From Acidobacteriota bacterium (lineage in GTDB: Bacteria > Acidobacteriota > UBA890 > WLXD01): 64,000 nucleotides of DNA. A model generated the notes under the pieces. The model saw nothing but the letters and a program-made list of their open reading frames with translations, was not told the DNA's origin and made no database searches. Location of the stretch: contig CAXWPL010000002.1 in assembly GCA_963666215.2 (NCBI GenBank), forward strand, positions 544,001 to 608,000. Direction: 5' to 3'. The position numbers and the translations under genes were made by a program. Below, in pieces: positions 60,097-64,000 of the stretch (positions within the stretch are counted from its first letter, which is position 1; the number at the start of each line of letters is the position of its first letter).

Positions 60097-61017
60097 CTAT
60101 GCGCCAGTCTCCGGCGCGGCTGGCTGAGCGGCCGGCCGTGCCGTGCCCTCCGGTCTGTCGAGAAGTCCGCCAGATCTCAGTTGCCTCAGCGCCTCCAGCA
60201 GAGCGCGCTCGACGTTGGAGATCGAGCGTTCGTCGCTGCCCAAGAAGATGCGGACGGTGATGCCGTCGCTCGACTTGAAGCTGAACCGCCTTGGACCGCA
60301 CTTTTTGTCCTGCTCATCGTCTCGTGCGCGCCGTTCGGCGAGCGAGCGCTGGTCCCGGACGAGGTGGCGCACCTGGTCGCGTGTCAGCCCGTCTTCAACG
60401 ACCCGGCGCGCGAGGGCCAGCATGACGGCCTCGCTTTCCTGCTTTGCGATCTCCAGGAGAATTGACTTGGTTCGTACGCCGCCGTCTCCGAGAACCTTGC
60501 GGACAGATTCGGGTACGGTCGCGAGCGCCAGCGACTCGGTCACGCTCGTGCGTGACTTGCTCACGCGCAGCGCGACCTCCTCGTGCGTCAGACCAAAGCG
60601 GTCGACCAGAGCCTGAAGTCCCTCGGCCTCCTCGAAGGCCGATAGATCCTGGCGCTGCAGATTCTCGATAAGGGCGACCTCGAGAGTGCGTGCGTCGTCG
60701 AGCTCCAGCACAATGCACGGCACTTCGCGGAGGCCGGCAGCGCGCGCCGCTCGGTAGCGACGCTCTCCAGACACGATCTGGTATTCAACACCGACGCGGC
60801 GCACGAGCAGTGGTTGCAGAACGCCCACGCGACGAATCGAGGCGATCAGCTCATCGAGTCTCTCGAACGTCTTTCTCGGCTGCTCCGGATTGGGTCGAAT
60901 CGCGGCCACGGGGATCGAGCGTCCGATTGCATTCGTGTGCTGCGACGCCAGCTCCTCAACGAAGTGGGCATCGTGCCGCATGCGTGCCGTCGTGGGCAAT
61001 CCGCGCCGACTAGACAC
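60097..61017 (-). CDS. parB: ParB/Spo0J family CTPase with divergent HTH
   Basis: NPEQPRK, GVLQPLLV, GERRYRAA and ENLQRQDL motifs; HTH THEEVALRVSKSRTSVTESL; GTG start overlaps the parA stop. Confidence 0.9.
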   Translation of the reverse strand: MSSRRGLPTTARMRHDAHFVEELASQHTNAIGRSIPVAAIRPNPEQPRKTFERLDELIASIRRVGVLQPLLVRRVGVEYQIVSGERRYRAARAAGLREVPCIVLELDDARTLEVALIENLQRQDLSAFEEAEGLQALVDRFGLTHEEVALRVSKSRTSVTESLALATVPESVRKVLGDGGVRTKSILLEIAKQESEAVMLALARRVVEDGLTRDQVRHLVRDQRSLAERRARDDEQDKKCGPRRFSFKSSDGITVRIFLGSDERSISNVERALLEALRQLRSGGLLDRPEGTARPAAQPAAPETGA

Positions 61018-61804
61018 GGGCAAGGACCTCTTCGCCCAACGCGGCGTACTGGTGTGCGCCGGTCGACTCTGGCGCATGGGCAAAGATGGCTTCTTTGTAG
61101 GCCGGGCTCTCCTCGAGCCGCACGTTCCGCGAGATCATGGTTTCGAACACCTTGTCGCCGAAGACGTTCCGAATCTGGGCGATGACGTCTCTACCCAGAA
61201 CTGTTCGCCGATCGAGCATCGTGATCAGCACCCCGAGGATTTCCAGGTCGGGGTTCACACGTTGCCGTACTCGCTGCACCGTGTCGAGCAGGTCGTCGGT
61301 TCCCTCCATCGCGAGATACGACGATTGGATCGGAATGACCACTCGGGTGGCGGCCACCAACGCGTTGATAGTGAGCAGACCTAGTGTCGGTGGCGTATCA
61401 ATGACCACAAAACGATACGAGGACGCAACAACAGCCAATTTGTCCCTCAGCCGATAGTGTCCGTCGAATTCACCTGCGAGCTTGATCTCCAGCTTGGCGA
61501 GTGAGATCCGTGACGGCGAGACGTCGAGGGTTGGCATCGACGTGGGGAAGATCACGTCGGACATTGCCAAGGCCGGATCGACGAGCGCGTCGTAGACCGT
61601 CCGGTCGAGATCGGTGACATCGAGAAAGGAGATGGAGCTGTGGGCCTGCGGGTCGAGGTCGACGAGGAGTGTGCGCAACCCCTTGCGCGCCAGTGCCGCC
61701 GCGAGGTTAATCGCGGTGGTGGTCTTGCCCACACCGCCCTTCTGATTGGTGACGGCGAGCGTCACCGTCGGTGTGCCCGTGCCGTTGCCGTTGCCTCCCG
61801 ACAT
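61010..61804 (-). CDS. parA: ParA/Soj family ATPase
   Basis: KGGVGKTT deviant Walker A, DLDPQ, IDTPP and RNVRLEESP motifs. Confidence 0.95.
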   Translation of the reverse strand: MSGGNGNGTGTPTVTLAVTNQKGGVGKTTTAINLAAALARKGLRTLLVDLDPQAHSSISFLDVTDLDRTVYDALVDPALAMSDVIFPTSMPTLDVSPSRISLAKLEIKLAGEFDGHYRLRDKLAVVASSYRFVVIDTPPTLGLLTINALVAATRVVIPIQSSYLAMEGTDDLLDTVQRVRQRVNPDLEILGVLITMLDRRTVLGRDVIAQIRNVFGDKVFETMISRNVRLEESPAYKEAIFAHAPESTGAHQYAALGEEVLARV

Positions 61805-61838
61805 CCGCTGCGCCTAATCTGCCGCGGTTCCGCGGCGA

Positions 61839-62324
61839 TTACATCTTGTACTTCGAGAATTCCTCGGGATCGAGGCTTTCGAACCAGCGCCGCAAGCGAT
61901 CTGATTCTGAGGGCGTGCGCTCGTCGTCGGACCGCCGTGCCTGATCGAGAACGGCTTCCTCGACAAAGATCGGGGCGGCTGATCGTACAGCCAGAGCGAG
62001 GGCGTCGCTCGGACGGCAGTCAATCGCATACTCGGAGCCGTTGGCGACGACGTGGATCACCGCGAAATAGGTGTCGTCGCGCAATTCGCTGACGACGATC
62101 TTCTCGATCTTCGCCTCGAAGGTATCAATGAGATTTCGCAGTAGATCGTGCGTCATGGGCCGCGGCGTTTCGATTTCCTCCACCCGCAGCGCGATCGCGT
62201 TGGCCTCGAAGATACCCACCCAAATGGGCAGAACACGGTCTTCCGAATCGTCCTTGAGGATGACGATTGGCATATTTGTTACCGGGTCGACCATGAGCCC
62301 GGAAATCTTCATTTCGATCTGCAA
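61839..62324 (-). CDS. Bifunctional nuclease (DUF151) family protein
   Basis: LPIWVGIFEANAI, RPMTHDL and IDCRPSDALALA motifs. Confidence 0.92.
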   Translation of the reverse strand: MQIEMKISGLMVDPVTNMPIVILKDDSEDRVLPIWVGIFEANAIALRVEEIETPRPMTHDLLRNLIDTFEAKIEKIVVSELRDDTYFAVIHVVANGSEYAIDCRPSDALALAVRSAAPIFVEEAVLDQARRSDDERTPSESDRLRRWFESLDPEEFSKYKM

Positions 62325-62351
62325 GACACAACTCCAATGGGAATGCGGGGG

Positions 62352-62381
62352 ACTATACGCGCGGCTCGGAGAGAGGGTCAA
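62352..62381 (-). promoter_or_regulatory. Putative internal promoter for DUF151-parA-parB
   Basis: TTGACC-18 bp-TATAGT on the minus strand. Confidence 0.5.
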
Positions 62382-62455
62382 GGTTTCGCGGCAAACGCGC
62401 CCACTTCAAGCCGTCCCTCACGATCGCCACGGCGCGACATCGACCCTGAAATCGA

Positions 62456-63898
62456 CTAGCGAGGGGGGCTCACCGCCCGGCCCACCAAGCTGTGGCCGCC
62501 GCTTGAAGTGATGTCGACGTCGACCAGGTGACCCGTCAGCTCGAGGCCGCCGCGCAGGTTGACGATGTGGTTACTCGACGTCCGTCCAGCAACGTCGTCG
62601 GGCGTGCGCTTGCTCGGCCCGTCAACCAGGACCTCGGCGCGACGACCTACCCAGGCCGCGTTGTGACGCTTCTGGATGCTGTCGCCGAGCGCCTGCAGCT
62701 CGATCAGCCGCTCGCGCTTGATCTTGGGCGCTACATCGTCGTCGTAGAGCGTGGCGGCGGTGTCGGGTCGCGGAGAGTACTCGAAGGAATAGAAGGAGTC
62801 GTACTCGACGCGCTCAACGAGCTCCATCGTGGCGCGAAAATCATCGTCTGTCTCGCCAGGAAACCCGACAATCAGGTCGGTCGAGAGACCGACTCCGGGA
62901 ATCGTCCGACGGAGCTGCTCAACCTGTTCCAGGTAGGAGCCCTGGGTGTAGTGGCGGTTCATCTGCTGCAACACACGGTCGGAGCCAGATTGCACGGGCA
63001 GATGCAGATGCCTGGCGACGCTGGTGCAGCGCCCCATCACGTTGATCAGCTCGGGCGACAGGTCTTTCGGGTGCGAAGTCAGAAAGCGCACCCGTGCGAT
63101 GCCTCCCGGCGCGGCATCGGAAGCCAGCAGGCGATCGATCGCCTCGAGCAAACCGGCGAAGCCCATCCCGGTTTCGGGATCGAGCCAGGAGTTGACGTTC
63201 TGCCCGAGCAGGGTGATCTCGCGGTAGCCGCGAATGCTGAGACCGCGAATCTCGTCGAGAATCGCCTCGGCGCTGCGGTAAATCTCCAGGCCGCGTGTGG
63301 TTGGCACGATACAGAAGGAGCAGTAGTTGTTGCATCCCTCCATGATCGTGACGAACGCCTTGACGTGATCTTGCCGCTTGGCGGTCGGGGCTTCGAACTC
63401 CACCAGGTCGTCGGTGAGAACCTGGCTCCCCTCCCCCTCTTGCGCACGACGGAGCACGTCGGGCAGCGCGTGAATTGCGCGCGTGCCGATGACAAAGTCG
63501 ACGCTGCCTTCACGTTCGACGATCTCGCTGCCGCGCTGCTGGGCGATGCAGCCGGTCACACCGATCAAGGGCGTGTGCGCGCTTGGCCCGTCCTTCAAAC
63601 CGCGGAGCCGGCCAAGCTGCGAAAACAGCTTGTCCTCGCCGCGCTCGCGCACGCTGCAGGTGTTCACCAGAATCACGTCCGCATCTTGCGGGTCGGTGGC
63701 CTCCTGGTAGCCCATCTCGTCGAGGAGCCCGGCATAGATCTCCGAGTCGTGGACGTTCATCTGGCAGCCGTACGTCTTGATCCAGTAGCGACGTTGCCGC
63801 GAATCGGCCCCTGCGGAATCGGGTGTGGCTACCGACGAATCGCGCTCGGGCGGAGAATCCCCGGAGATCGCGCGCGTGCCAGATGACGGTGTCGACAT
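62456..63898 (-). CDS. miaB: tRNA-i6A37 methylthiotransferase MiaB
   Basis: TYGCQMNVHDSE, NTCSVRE, CNNYCSFC radical-SAM motif and TRAM domain. Confidence 0.97.
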   Translation of the reverse strand: MSTPSSGTRAISGDSPPERDSSVATPDSAGADSRQRRYWIKTYGCQMNVHDSEIYAGLLDEMGYQEATDPQDADVILVNTCSVRERGEDKLFSQLGRLRGLKDGPSAHTPLIGVTGCIAQQRGSEIVEREGSVDFVIGTRAIHALPDVLRRAQEGEGSQVLTDDLVEFEAPTAKRQDHVKAFVTIMEGCNNYCSFCIVPTTRGLEIYRSAEAILDEIRGLSIRGYREITLLGQNVNSWLDPETGMGFAGLLEAIDRLLASDAAPGGIARVRFLTSHPKDLSPELINVMGRCTSVARHLHLPVQSGSDRVLQQMNRHYTQGSYLEQVEQLRRTIPGVGLSTDLIVGFPGETDDDFRATMELVERVEYDSFYSFEYSPRPDTAATLYDDDVAPKIKRERLIELQALGDSIQKRHNAAWVGRRAEVLVDGPSKRTPDDVAGRTSSNHIVNLRGGLELTGHLVDVDITSSGGHSLVGRAVSPPR

Positions 63899-64000
63899 GC
63901 TCGGGCGGACCGATGTGGTTTGCTTGCGGGCGGAGACGATCGCCTGATCCGTCTACCGCGGATGGAGCCGCTGAGTATAGCAGCGGCGAGAGACCAGATC

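Overview
High-GC, gene-dense chromosomal segment, most likely from an Acidobacteriota genome (fused LptF/LptG, acidobacterial VWA-domain protein). It is mainly housekeeping: nusB (partial), leuS, lptE, holA, rpsT, murJ, dtd, xerD, a tRNA nucleotidyltransferase, metK, lptFG, rnz, etfBA, rho, a UvrD/PcrA helicase, sppA, greA, fixCX and miaB, plus many peptidases. Several signals place the window on the replication terminus: a 28-bp dif-like site at 27748-27775 followed by an inverted second XerD-like arm, gene orientation converging on the 28-34 kb region, and KOPS-like GGGNAGGG motifs that mostly point toward it. About 32 kb from this dif-like site is a ParA/ParB pair. Its ParB has a non-canonical recognition helix, and two copies of a non-canonical 16-bp palindrome (TGTCGGCGYGCCGACA) lie just downstream. 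This is a candidate second, terminus-proximal ParABS system. Also notable are a structured metK 5' leader, a catalytically dead M1-aminopeptidase/VWA fusion, an IS256 interrupting an HD hydrolase, three frameshifted genes, and frequent in-frame loop insertions. I found no rRNA, tRNA or CRISPR array. All calls were made by eye, without database searches.
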